Virus record (IMG/VR): IMGVR_UViG_3300045988_140252
Length of the DNA: 45,854 nucleotides
Source of the DNA: a virus
Reading direction: 5' to 3' (one strand)
Both the position numbers and the translations under genes were made by a program. The notes under the pieces were generated by a model. That model searched no databases, was not told the DNA's origin, and worked only from the letters and a program-made list of their open reading frames with translations. Positions 8,025 to 16,797 of the stretch are shown here, piece by piece (position 1 is the stretch's first letter; each line of letters opens with the position of its first letter).

Positions 8025-10232
8025 ATGAAATTGGATTTTAAGAGTTTATCCGCTGTCATTCTGGGCGTGTTGGGCCTGTCGGAATGGAGCAAGGTAGAGG
8101 ATAAGAACTCTATCACGGCCGAGGAAATGACAAAACTGAAAAATTACGGTTTTTCTGATAAGTTCCTCACGGCGTTTAAAGCGTCCCTCGAGAACGACTT
8201 CCAGGACGAAGCCGGAACCGGGAATGAGGGAGAGGGAAACGAAGAACCTACCACTACCGCTTTTCTTCGCGGTTTGTTGGGTGATACTGCGGCCCGTCTG
8301 GCACAGGCACAGGAACAGCTTGAAGCTTTGCAGACGCAACAGCGTGACGAAAACCGGAACAACACCTCGCTGATTGCCAAGAAGGATGCCGAGATAACGA
8401 AGCTATCCGGTATTATCGCCCAACTTTCAGCCGCTGAGGAAGATGATCCGGGCAAAGGGAAGCAGCACAACGCCCAGGCGGACGGTAAAGGGGCTTTCAA
8501 TCTCCGGGATGAAAAACAGCTGGGGGGCTTGCAGGGTGAAATGTTCTCACTGGACCGCCCGTATAACCTTCGCGCCAAAGCTGCGTTAATGGAGGCTGCC
8601 GGTTTTGAAATGATCGCTCTTCCGAAAGCCAGTTCCCTTGACTACAGCCGTTTGAAGGAAGACCTCGGAGCTTTTTACCGTATTCCCTGGCAACAGCGTT
8701 TGCAGTCTTTTTTAATGGAACTTCCTTCCATTGAAAGTATTTTCCCGCTTGAATCCGGTTATCAGGATTTGGCTACGCTGGTTAATATCTGGCTGGGTGA
8801 GTTCTCACAGGCCGGCAATGAGGAATCCGACTTCGATAAGGTGACTAAAGGTTCCTACGAGTTCGACGATGAAACCTTGCGCATGTTCAACGTGATGTTT
8901 GCACACCGTTTCAAAAATTTAAAAGCCCTGGAGAAAACCTGGATCGGCACTTTGAACAAGGAAGGTTCAAACCCTATCAAATGGTCTTTTATTGAGTACA
9001 TCCTGGCCGAAACCGCCAAGAAGTTGCATAACGAGCGCGAACAACGCCGTATTAACGGAATCCGTAAGGACCCGAATCTGAACGAACCGGGCAAAGCACT
9101 TGCTGCAGCTGACGGTCTGTATGAGTTCCTGAACAAGAAGGTGAACGGACATACCGATATCAATAACGGAAAGTTCGTTTACCAGATCAAGCCGTTCGAG
9201 CTGGGAGAACTTACCGAAGCAAACATCGGTGAAAAGGTGTACAAGGGTACTTCCATGATCCCGGCGGTTCTTCGTGACAGCGGTAATCTGGCCCTTTATA
9301 TGCCTTCGCACTTTATTGTATTGTATCATAAATACAATGAACTGCATTACGGACAGAACCAGGATTACAAGGCTAATATTATGTATGTAAAGGAATATCC
9401 GGCGGTGAAAATTATCCCGGTTCCTAATGCTGACAACCACCACCGTATCTTCTGGACGTTTGAAGGCAACATTAAAACCTACGAGGACAAGCCGGGTGAA
9501 ATGACGGCTTTCAACCTGGAGCAGGAAGACTGGAGCCTGAAAGTATGGAGTAACTGGCGTGAAAGTATCTGGGCTATTGCCGTGGGCTTCAAGTACACCA
9601 AGAAAGAAGATATGGACTATAACCGTCAGATGATCTTCTGTAATGAGTATGACCGCCCGGCGTCTTACTTTGTGGACGCTGACAAGGACAAGAACCCGTC
9701 GGCCAAGCTTCATACCTCCATTGTTACCATAGCCAATACAGCCGAATTTGCTATTACCGATATTGAAGATGCGCCGGTAGGTACGGTTATTTCCCTAAAA
9801 TGCGGAAGCGTGGATAAAGGCGTTAAGATTGAGAAAAGCGGAAACTTTGAACTTATTTCCGAGGCCTGGCATCCCGACAAGGGGGATGTTATTAAACTGA
9901 TGAAACGTGCCGACGGTAAATTTATCGAGATCGGCCGCGAAAATGCTTCTTCCGATGCGTTGCAGTTTGCGCCGGATGAAACAGCACCTTCCTTGCTTGA
10001 CGGTGAAGTATTCGTTACCGGCGAGAATACAAAGGCAACGGCAATCACTAACTTTACCGATGCGGAAGCCGGTGTCGTTTACACGATCTACGGAAGCGGT
10101 TCTGAATATGCTTCCACCATTGCGACCGGTGGAAACTTTGTCTTAACCGAAGCTATGACACTTTCCGAAGGTAAGTTTATCAAGCTGGCAAAAGCCGCCG
10201 ACGGTAAATTCTACGAAGTGGCAAGAGGCTAA
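8025..10232 (+). CDS. Major capsid protein with an N-terminal scaffold-like coiled coil and two C-terminal Ig-like domains
   Basis: 735 aa. The N-terminal ~190 aa are acidic and coiled-coil (LAQAQEQLEALQTQQRDE). The gene follows the protease. The C-terminus carries two ~65-aa repeats with a GGNF/GNF..L ... DGKF.E signature. A terminator follows. Confidence 0.6.
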   Translation: MKLDFKSLSAVILGVLGLSEWSKVEDKNSITAEEMTKLKNYGFSDKFLTAFKASLENDFQDEAGTGNEGEGNEEPTTTAFLRGLLGDTAARLAQAQEQLEALQTQQRDENRNNTSLIAKKDAEITKLSGIIAQLSAAEEDDPGKGKQHNAQADGKGAFNLRDEKQLGGLQGEMFSLDRPYNLRAKAALMEAAGFEMIALPKASSLDYSRLKEDLGAFYRIPWQQRLQSFLMELPSIESIFPLESGYQDLATLVNIWLGEFSQAGNEESDFDKVTKGSYEFDDETLRMFNVMFAHRFKNLKALEKTWIGTLNKEGSNPIKWSFIEYILAETAKKLHNEREQRRINGIRKDPNLNEPGKALAAADGLYEFLNKKVNGHTDINNGKFVYQIKPFELGELTEANIGEKVYKGTSMIPAVLRDSGNLALYMPSHFIVLYHKYNELHYGQNQDYKANIMYVKEYPAVKIIPVPNADNHHRIFWTFEGNIKTYEDKPGEMTAFNLEQEDWSLKVWSNWRESIWAIAVGFKYTKKEDMDYNRQMIFCNEYDRPASYFVDADKDKNPSAKLHTSIVTIANTAEFAITDIEDAPVGTVISLKCGSVDKGVKIEKSGNFELISEAWHPDKGDVIKLMKRADGKFIEIGRENASSDALQFAPDETAPSLLDGEVFVTGENTKATAITNFTDAEAGVVYTIYGSGSEYASTIATGGNFVLTEAMTLSEGKFIKLAKAADGKFYEVARG

Positions 10233-10240
10233 TTTTTAAC

Positions 10241-10268
10241 GGAAGGGGTACTTTATCCCTTCCTTTTT
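10241..10268 (+). terminator. Rho-independent terminator after the capsid gene
   Basis: GGAAGGG (10241-10247) pairs with CCCTTCC (10257-10263), followed by TTTTT. Confidence 0.65.
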
Positions 10269-10291
10269 ATAACCTTATAAATCATTAAGTT

Positions 10292-11098
10292 ATGACATAC
10301 GTAAAAGCAAGCGTAAGAAGGCCGGCCGGTAATCCCGGTAACGGTATTCAGCCCAAGGATCAGCTCGTAATTTACGACGTTGACGATATTCTTTCCTTTC
10401 CGCCGAGAAACGATGCCGGCGTGGTTATCGAAGAGGATATCGTAATGAAGGCGGGACGTTATGCGATCGGTATTTATCTGACACCCGGTACCGCTGAAAT
10501 CAGTTCCAACAGTGACGGAGAAACGGACGCCGAAGGCTATACGCCTTCCATTAAGTTCAATCATCCCGGTAACGAACAGGAAATTCGCGAGTTTAAGACA
10601 AACTGGCTGTCTAAGAAATGTATCGTTGTGCTCCGTTATTGTAGCGGAAAGCCTGCCGATCTGATCGGAACGCCCTGTAACCCGTGTAAGTTATCCGTAT
10701 CTTATACCGGTTCCAATGAATCGAATACGAACGAGCTTACTTTCACCCAGATCAGCAAAGGGGATGATATCGCCATTTACCGGGGTACCGATACCCTGGA
10801 AGAGCCGGTGGCCGTAGTGGAAGCCGGGGCTACAGATATAGATTACCAGACAGACGGGCAGTACCAGCTTTCTGCAGGTGCGGCCAAAATAGCCGGTGTT
10901 ACCGGTGGAAGTCATGGATCGGTAATTACCCTTATGGGGTGTTCGGGCGTTGCGCCAACAGTGGAAAAAGGCGGTAATTTCCTTCTGAAAGGCGGTAAGA
11001 CGTTTACCGCTTCCGAAGGTTCCCAACTGACATTGCGGGCTTTTAACGACGGTTCGGAGGCTATGAAATGGATTGAACAAAGCCGTTATGAGGCGTAA
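10292..11098 (+). CDS. Virion structural protein (decoration or tube-like) with the same C-terminal Ig-like domain as the capsid protein
   Basis: 268 aa. The C-terminus (GSVITLMGCSGVAPTVEKGGNFLLKGG...LTLRAFNDGSE) aligns with the two capsid C-terminal repeats. Confidence 0.5.
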   Translation: MTYVKASVRRPAGNPGNGIQPKDQLVIYDVDDILSFPPRNDAGVVIEEDIVMKAGRYAIGIYLTPGTAEISSNSDGETDAEGYTPSIKFNHPGNEQEIREFKTNWLSKKCIVVLRYCSGKPADLIGTPCNPCKLSVSYTGSNESNTNELTFTQISKGDDIAIYRGTDTLEEPVAVVEAGATDIDYQTDGQYQLSAGAAKIAGVTGGSHGSVITLMGCSGVAPTVEKGGNFLLKGGKTFTASEGSQLTLRAFNDGSEAMKWIEQSRYEA

Positions 11099-11119
11099 GT
11101 AAACGGTTTTCATGTAATT

Positions 11120-11165
11120 CAAAGGGTGACCGGCAGCACATGCCCGGCCACCCTTTGTCCTTTTT
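11120..11165 (+). terminator. Strong rho-independent terminator
   Basis: CAAAGGGTGACCGG (11120-11133) pairs with CCGGCCACCCTTTG (11144-11157) with one mismatch, followed by TCCTTTTT. Confidence 0.7.
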
Positions 11166-11213
11166 GGGGTAATTGCCCCCTTTTTTCTTTGTATCATCAA
11201 ATTTTTATATAGT

Positions 11214-12161
11214 ATGAAACAGGAAATTATTACCTATCTGGCCGGTCCGCGTAATTTTACCCAAGGCGTGGAACTGTACGAGAAATACGGTATCAACCGT
11301 ATGTTAAAAAAGTCATTCCGCCGGCAAGGAGAAACGGAAACGATGAAGGCCATTCTTTTAGAGGAACTACGGAAGCTGGCCGGGCTTTCCGAACGTGAAT
11401 TTAAGACGATCCGGCGCAACTCCAAACAGCCGGCCGCGGTAAAAATGGAACCCGCCCGGGAGGAAACATCCAAAACGCCGGTAAAATACAGCGATGATTT
11501 GCTGCTGGAACTTGCCGAATCTTTCGGCGTCAGCGTGGAAGAACTCGTTTCGTCTGATTTCCGGGATAAGGTTCTTTCCATGGATGAAAATGCCGACCGT
11601 GTGGAAGAACTGGAAGAGGAACTGAATCAGGCGGAGAAACGATATAAGGCAGCTCCGGAAACCGTAACCAAAATGATACGTTTCCGCGAGAAATTTACCT
11701 TCCTGAACTCTCCGGATTGTCCCGACATTCTGAAAATACTTGTTTCCGACATGTTCACCGCATACGGGAAGTATAAGGAGGCTTTCGCCCGCCTGGAAGC
11801 TACGCCGGATGATGTCAGTTCACTTTCTACAGCACAGGAAGCGCAGGCGGTTGTGGAAAACTTCATCGCTAACCGCGAGATGTGGGACGAACTGGAATAT
11901 TACCGGGAAAACGGAAAGATTCTGGGTAAATGTGAGAAGGTAAAAAGTTTGTCCGTCCGTAAAGGCGTCGAGAACCTTTCGGATATCGACATACAAAAGG
12001 CCCTGAATAACGCCCGCGCCAACCTTTCAAAGAATAAGGCGAAACTGGAACAGGCCGGGGATGATGAGAAGAAGAAAGCGAGTGCCCTTGCATTGATCCA
12101 AAAGTGGGAAACTACACAGAAGGCCATAGAGGAAGAAATCGAGGCGCGAAAAAAAAAGTAA
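11214..12161 (+). CDS. Hypothetical coiled-coil protein; ends in a slippery A AAA AAG just before its stop
   Basis: 315-aa ORF. The last codons are AAA AAA AAG TAA (12150-12161). Confidence 0.65.
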   Translation: MKQEIITYLAGPRNFTQGVELYEKYGINRMLKKSFRRQGETETMKAILLEELRKLAGLSEREFKTIRRNSKQPAAVKMEPAREETSKTPVKYSDDLLLELAESFGVSVEELVSSDFRDKVLSMDENADRVEELEEELNQAEKRYKAAPETVTKMIRFREKFTFLNSPDCPDILKILVSDMFTAYGKYKEAFARLEATPDDVSSLSTAQEAQAVVENFIANREMWDELEYYRENGKILGKCEKVKSLSVRKGVENLSDIDIQKALNNARANLSKNKAKLEQAGDDEKKKASALALIQKWETTQKAIEEEIEARKKK

Positions 12162-12317
12162 TTGAACTTATTGCCAGTCTGACAGGGAAACGGCAACGGA
12201 TCACAAAGAACCTGGGCCGTTTCTCTCACCCTTGCGACCGCTCGGAGCTGGGGCACCAGCTCAAAACATTAACCCTCCGGATAGAAAAAGAAGAAAGCCG
12301 GCTTAAACAACTTTCCA

Positions 12318-12992
12318 ATGATAACAAATAAAGTTTATAACGAGGACTGCCTGGAGGCGTTGAAACGTGTTCCGGACAAATCCGTAGATTGTATAATAAC
12401 CGATCCGCCTTATTTCCTGGGAATGACACACAACGGGCAGAAAGGCAGCTTTAAAGATTTGTCTATCTGTAAACCCTTTTACCGGGATTTGTTCCTGGAG
12501 TTTAACCGGGTAAAGAAAACCGGTGCTTGTGTGTACTTTTTTACGGACTGGCGCGGATATGCTTTCTATTATCCGTTGTTTGACTTGTATTTAGGCGCGT
12601 CAAACATGATCGTCTGGAACAAACAGTCGGGCCCGGGTAATCATTACGCCTTTATACACGAACTTATTTTGTTTCATTGCGGAAAGGGTGTTTCTATCGG
12701 TGCCACAAACATAATAGATAATATCCGGTCTTTTGCGTCCGGTGCGAAACTGGTAGAAGGTGAAAAGGTGCATCCCACACAGAAACCGGTGGCGTTGATC
12801 CGTAAACTGATTGAAGACAGTACAAAGCCCGGCGATCTGATCCTGGACACTTTCGGCGGTTCCGGTACTACGGCCGTGGCAGCCATTGAAAGCGGCCGCA
12901 ACTTTGTATTAATGGAACAGGACGAAATTTATTATTTCACGGCACAGAAACGAATAAAAGATGCGTATGAACGATTTAACGGTGGTGGATAG
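12318..12992 (+). CDS. Orphan DNA methyltransferase (beta-class N6-adenine/N4-cytosine, DPPY motif)
   Basis: 224 aa. Motif IV (IITDPPYF) is near the N-terminus. HPTQKP and motif I (DTFGGSGTTAVAA) are near the C-terminus. No adjacent restriction endonuclease is recognisable. Confidence 0.85.
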   Translation: MITNKVYNEDCLEALKRVPDKSVDCIITDPPYFLGMTHNGQKGSFKDLSICKPFYRDLFLEFNRVKKTGACVYFFTDWRGYAFYYPLFDLYLGASNMIVWNKQSGPGNHYAFIHELILFHCGKGVSIGATNIIDNIRSFASGAKLVEGEKVHPTQKPVALIRKLIEDSTKPGDLILDTFGGSGTTAVAAIESGRNFVLMEQDEIYYFTAQKRIKDAYERFNGGG

Positions 12993-13311
12993 TATTTACC
13001 TGGATGCGCAGCAAAAGGAGGATGTACGGCGTTTGTCTTCTTTAGGGTATTCGCCGAAAGACATAGCCGTTTCCCTGGGGCTTTCTCTGGAGGATGCCGG
13101 GCTTTTTGTCAGGGATGCGGAAACGGTAGGAACTTCCGTTAACTTCCTGATCCGGGAAGGGATTCTGGTAGCACGTGCCGCCCCTGAAATAAAACTCCAT
13201 GAAGCGGCGGAAGGCGGAAACGTGGAAGCTATAAAACAGCTGGAGGCCGTACGGAAAAGACATACTTTCGAACGTTTAATCGAACAAATGGATGACGACG
13301 AATTTAATTAA
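12961..13311 (+). CDS. Small HTH-like protein; small terminase subunit candidate
   Basis: 116 aa with a putative HTH (LGYSPKDIAVSLGLSLEDA). It lies two genes upstream of the large terminase. Confidence 0.35.
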   Translation: MRMNDLTVVDSIYLDAQQKEDVRRLSSLGYSPKDIAVSLGLSLEDAGLFVRDAETVGTSVNFLIREGILVARAAPEIKLHEAAEGGNVEAIKQLEAVRKRHTFERLIEQMDDDEFN

Positions 13312-13972
13312 GCCCTCACGAATAGACTTTGACAAGGTGGATATCAACCAGATTCAAAGGATTCTTTCTACCGGTACGCTGGAAGCCCTCGCGCCCGATG
13401 AAAGGGAATATTACAGCCTTATGGAAATGGTACGGGGACTTCGTGCCCGTATGCGTATAAATGGTAAGTTAGTGACAAAGGCCGGTATCATCCGCCTTTT
13501 GAAGTCGGAACCTTACGGCCTTTCGGACTGGATGGCCCGCCAGGTGTACGCCGACAGTCTCAATTTCTTTTATACGCAGGATAACGTACGCCCGCAGGCT
13601 TTCGCTAATCTGTATGCTGAAAAGGCCGAAAATTGGGCGAATACTGTTTTTCTTATGGGAAATGTGAAGGAGGCTAAGAACCTGCTGAAACTGGCGGCGG
13701 AACTTCGCGGATGTTATAAGGATCAACAGGCCGAAATACCGGAGGAACTGCTTTCACAGAAAAGCACGGTTATTTATACTACCAGCCGTAAGGATTTGGG
13801 TGTTCCTGAAATCGACCGTAAGGAACTGGAAGAGTTTATCGATGCGATTCCGGAAATTCCTGTTATTGTACGTGATAATATAAAAGAGGATGCGCGTATT
13901 AAAGCTTTTGACCTGAAAAAACGTATGTTGTATGATATCAAAGAGTTCGGGGAAGACAACGAAGGTGAGTAA
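13292..13972 (+). CDS. Hypothetical protein immediately upstream of the large terminase (alternative small-terminase candidate)
   Basis: 226-aa ORF that overlaps both neighbours. No motif recognised. Confidence 0.5.
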   Translation: MTTNLIKPSRIDFDKVDINQIQRILSTGTLEALAPDEREYYSLMEMVRGLRARMRINGKLVTKAGIIRLLKSEPYGLSDWMARQVYADSLNFFYTQDNVRPQAFANLYAEKAENWANTVFLMGNVKEAKNLLKLAAELRGCYKDQQAEIPEELLSQKSTVIYTTSRKDLGVPEIDRKELEEFIDAIPEIPVIVRDNIKEDARIKAFDLKKRMLYDIKEFGEDNEGE

Positions 13973-15653
13973 CGCCGATGATGTGGAGATAAAATACGGC
14001 CATATAATCCAGGTTCTGACAGACTGGATCGATACTACTATCCTTGTATCTGTTGACGGGCGCGGTATGGCCAAATCCACCGTTATACAAGCCAGACGTT
14101 CCGCCCGTTGTGTGGAAGAAATGCCCGGCGGTGCGTTCGCTTTTGTTGCCAATACCTACAGTAACCTGGAAGATAATATAATGCCGGCCGTTCAGAAGGG
14201 CTGGCAGCTCATGGGCCTGATCGAAGGGGTACACTATGTAAAAGATACCCGCCCGCCTGAATCCTGGCGGCGTAAATGTTCGGTTATCGTGGATGATTAC
14301 AAGCATGTTTATAGCTTCTGGAATGGATGTGTTATTTTCATGGGATCACTGGATAACCCTTCGCTGCTTGCCGGAAAGTCTGTAATACATCTGTTTTATG
14401 ATGAAGCGAAGTACGACAAGGAAATGAAAGTAAACCGCGCTATGCCTATTCTTCGCGGTGATGCGATCACTTATGGACATTCCCATTTGTTCCTTGGGAT
14501 AACCATTACTACCGACATGCCGGATATCGACGAAAACGAGTACGACTGGTTTTTCCGGTATGTCAAGCAAATGGACCCGGAACGGATCATTAAAATAGTA
14601 CAGGCGGCAAGCGTACGTAATGACTTGATAATTTCCCTTTTACGGGAACAAAGAAAGAACAAACCTTCCCCCTTGAAACTGAAACGTTTGAAACGGGATA
14701 TTGAATATTACGACCGGGCTTTGTTGAAGTTGAGAAAAGGACAAACGTTCTTCCTTAACGCTTCTTCATTCGCTAATGTTGAGATACTTACGATTGATTA
14801 TTTAAAGCGGTTGTATAATGGTACGCTGGAGCTTCACGAATTTAAAAAGTCGGTGGTGGGTATGCGTCCCGGTCTTCGCAGGGATTTACGTTTCTATGTG
14901 TTGTTTGGTGAAGGACATAAGTATTATAACGGTACCGCGTCTGGGGAAGCCGCTTACAGCTCGCGGGAACTCCGGTACCTGCACCATGATAAAACGATTG
15001 AAGGCGGTATGGACTTCGGTAATATGCTTTCTTTGGTGATCGGTCAGGCGGACGGTGCTTATTACCGGGTACATAAGAACTTTTTTGAGATACCGCCGGG
15101 CTGGTTCCGGGAGATCGCCGACCAGTTCCTCACCTTCTTCCAGAACCACGAATACAAAGAACTGGATTTGTACTATGACCGTGCAGGTAATAACTTTGAG
15201 AAACAGAAGGAGGATTACGCGGGTAAGATCAAAGACGCCATAGAAAAAGACGGCAGCGGGAACCGTACCGGCTGGATCGTAAACCTAAAGAGCCGTAAAC
15301 AGGCAGTTATCCGGCAGGATGCGGAATACGACTTTATGCAGGAGATTATGGGCGGTACCAACAATAACCTGCCTATCCTGTTGGTTGATGCGGTGAACTG
15401 TAAAGAAATGGTTAGTTCTGTAGAAAAGGCAAAGGCTGAAATCAAATACCGGGGTAATTCTAAGGTAGTGTTCAAAGTGAAGAAGTCCGAAAAGCTGGCA
15501 CCGAAAAAACTACCGATGTTATCCACCAATTTCTCCGACGCTTTCAAATACTTACTGATGCGCCCCGGCTGGATAGCTTTGGTACGAGGCAAGCGAACGC
15601 TGCAGGCCGATTCGTTTGTGGATCAATGGATAGAGAACAGGCACAAAAGGTAA
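13932..15653 (+). CDS. terL: Terminase large subunit
   Basis: 573 aa. Walker A-like: DGRGMAKST. Walker B: IHLFYDEAKY. The size and the C-terminal nuclease-length region are typical. The true start may be the GTG at 13965. Confidence 0.75.
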   Translation: MISKSSGKTTKVSNADDVEIKYGHIIQVLTDWIDTTILVSVDGRGMAKSTVIQARRSARCVEEMPGGAFAFVANTYSNLEDNIMPAVQKGWQLMGLIEGVHYVKDTRPPESWRRKCSVIVDDYKHVYSFWNGCVIFMGSLDNPSLLAGKSVIHLFYDEAKYDKEMKVNRAMPILRGDAITYGHSHLFLGITITTDMPDIDENEYDWFFRYVKQMDPERIIKIVQAASVRNDLIISLLREQRKNKPSPLKLKRLKRDIEYYDRALLKLRKGQTFFLNASSFANVEILTIDYLKRLYNGTLELHEFKKSVVGMRPGLRRDLRFYVLFGEGHKYYNGTASGEAAYSSRELRYLHHDKTIEGGMDFGNMLSLVIGQADGAYYRVHKNFFEIPPGWFREIADQFLTFFQNHEYKELDLYYDRAGNNFEKQKEDYAGKIKDAIEKDGSGNRTGWIVNLKSRKQAVIRQDAEYDFMQEIMGGTNNNLPILLVDAVNCKEMVSSVEKAKAEIKYRGNSKVVFKVKKSEKLAPKKLPMLSTNFSDAFKYLLMRPGWIALVRGKRTLQADSFVDQWIENRHKR

Positions 15654-15660
15654 TTGCCTT

Positions 15661-15703
15661 GTAACGCTGGAAAATTGCTTTTCCGGCGTTTTTTGTGTTA
15701 CCA
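15661..15703 (+). terminator. Terminator module TGTAACGCT-hairpin-GGCGTTTTTTGTGTTAC
   Basis: Hairpin GGAAAA-TTGC-TTTTCC (15670-15685) is followed by a T-run. The module recurs at 17497-17533. Confidence 0.5.
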
Positions 15704-16044
15704 GGTTACGGGTACCCCTCTCCAGAGGTCATATTTCACCTTTTAGGGGGAGGGTAACTGCTTTCCGACTTCTGAGCGGCTCGGTCTTCGGAAGGTGTCA
15801 TTTTTTTAGTTTTTGAAATTTTCTCCGGTTTTTGACTGTTTTTCAGTCGTTTATCTGCATTTAGACCAAAATTTTACGCGAAAAAGCATGTTTTTTATGC
15901 GTTTTTGCTTCATTTTTTGGGGCGTTTTTCATGAATTACCGTGTATTTTGGGGCGGTTGCCTTCATTTTTTTTGGTAGATTCTTAGTATATTCGCTGGTA
16001 AAAAGTAATAAATATAAAATCTTAATACTTAAAATAACGAAGAA

Positions 16045-16299
16045 ATGAAAACAGTAAAAGACATTAAAGTAGGTGATGTGTTTTCTACGGAAAGAAACGG
16101 GGAAAAATTGTTATGTACAATTATAGAATGTCGTGGAGGTTTGTTTCCTGATGTTTTGAATTTCATAGCCAGGCTAAATGATGATAAAGGTGTTATTTCA
16201 TTGTGCGGATTGCCGGATAATGATTATTTGCATTTCGGCTGTAATTTTAAAGAAGCAAGCAGGCCTAAAAACGGATATGCTTTTGTTGCTGAAAATTAA
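16045..16299 (+). CDS. Hypothetical protein (AT-rich moron)
   Basis: 84-aa ORF in a visibly AT-rich block. It has its own terminator at 16322-16351. Confidence 0.55.
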   Translation: MKTVKDIKVGDVFSTERNGEKLLCTIIECRGGLFPDVLNFIARLNDDKGVISLCGLPDNDYLHFGCNFKEASRPKNGYAFVAEN

Positions 16300-16321
16300 C
16301 CTGTTGAGTGTTCACATAATA

Positions 16322-16351
16322 AAGCCCTATCAGATTATTTTGGTAGGGCTT
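16322..16351 (+). terminator. Rho-independent terminator
   Basis: AAGCCCTA (16322-16329) pairs with TAGGGCTT (16344-16351), followed by TTTGT. Confidence 0.55.
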
Positions 16352-16459
16352 TTGTATAAATATATATTTTGAGTATTTTTGCAGCTGCCAAAATACTGCA
16401 TACCGTCAGAACTTATGGGTGGTACAAACTAAGGTACACACTAATTTTAAGTTACTGAT

Positions 16460-16786
16460 ATGAGAAAATTATTTTTATTATGTGTCATGTTGATAACGTT
16501 TTCATCATGTAACACTAATCCGCCGGAAGATATAGGGGATTCTTTCGCTGTAGCTAAAGCTTACGTCAAGTTAAATTTAAATTATCCAGAAGAAGCAAAC
16601 TTTAAATTATCAGGAGTTGAGCATGAATATCTTGGAAATAACGAATGTATTGTAAAAGGTACAGTTATTGCTAAAAATGCTTTTGGAGTGAAATCTAAGT
16701 TAAAGTATAGGGTGAAATTAAGGTACAAAGAAGGAAGAGGAATAGATCCTCGTAATTGGGATGTATTGGAATGCTCTGTTTACTAA
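16460..16786 (+). CDS. Small lipoprotein (moron)
   Basis: 108 aa. Signal peptide with a lipobox: MRKLFLLCVMLITFSSC. Confidence 0.7.
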   Translation: MRKLFLLCVMLITFSSCNTNPPEDIGDSFAVAKAYVKLNLNYPEEANFKLSGVEHEYLGNNECIVKGTVIAKNAFGVKSKLKYRVKLRYKEGRGIDPRNWDVLECSVY

Positions 16787-16797
16787 TCTAATTACGT

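Noticed and set aside
8967-9713. Long antisense ORFs inside large plus-strand genes. Examples: 8967-9713(-) 248 aa, 7206-7799(-) 197 aa, 21420-21980(-) 186 aa, 28279-28803(-) 174 aa, 35479-36009(-) 176 aa, 38576-39157(-) 193 aa.
   Set aside because: Each lies entirely within a plus-strand gene that has recognisable motifs or strong operon context. Their products are low-complexity (Ser/Arg/Phe/Leu-rich), typical of shadow frames. The only credible minus-strand genes are the repressor and the integrase at the two ends.
12104-12331. 75-aa ORF as an independent gene.
   Set aside because: Its ATG lies deep inside the 315-aa gene in another frame, with no start signal. Only the part downstream of the slippery A AAA AAG looks relevant, so it is treated as a possible frameshift extension.
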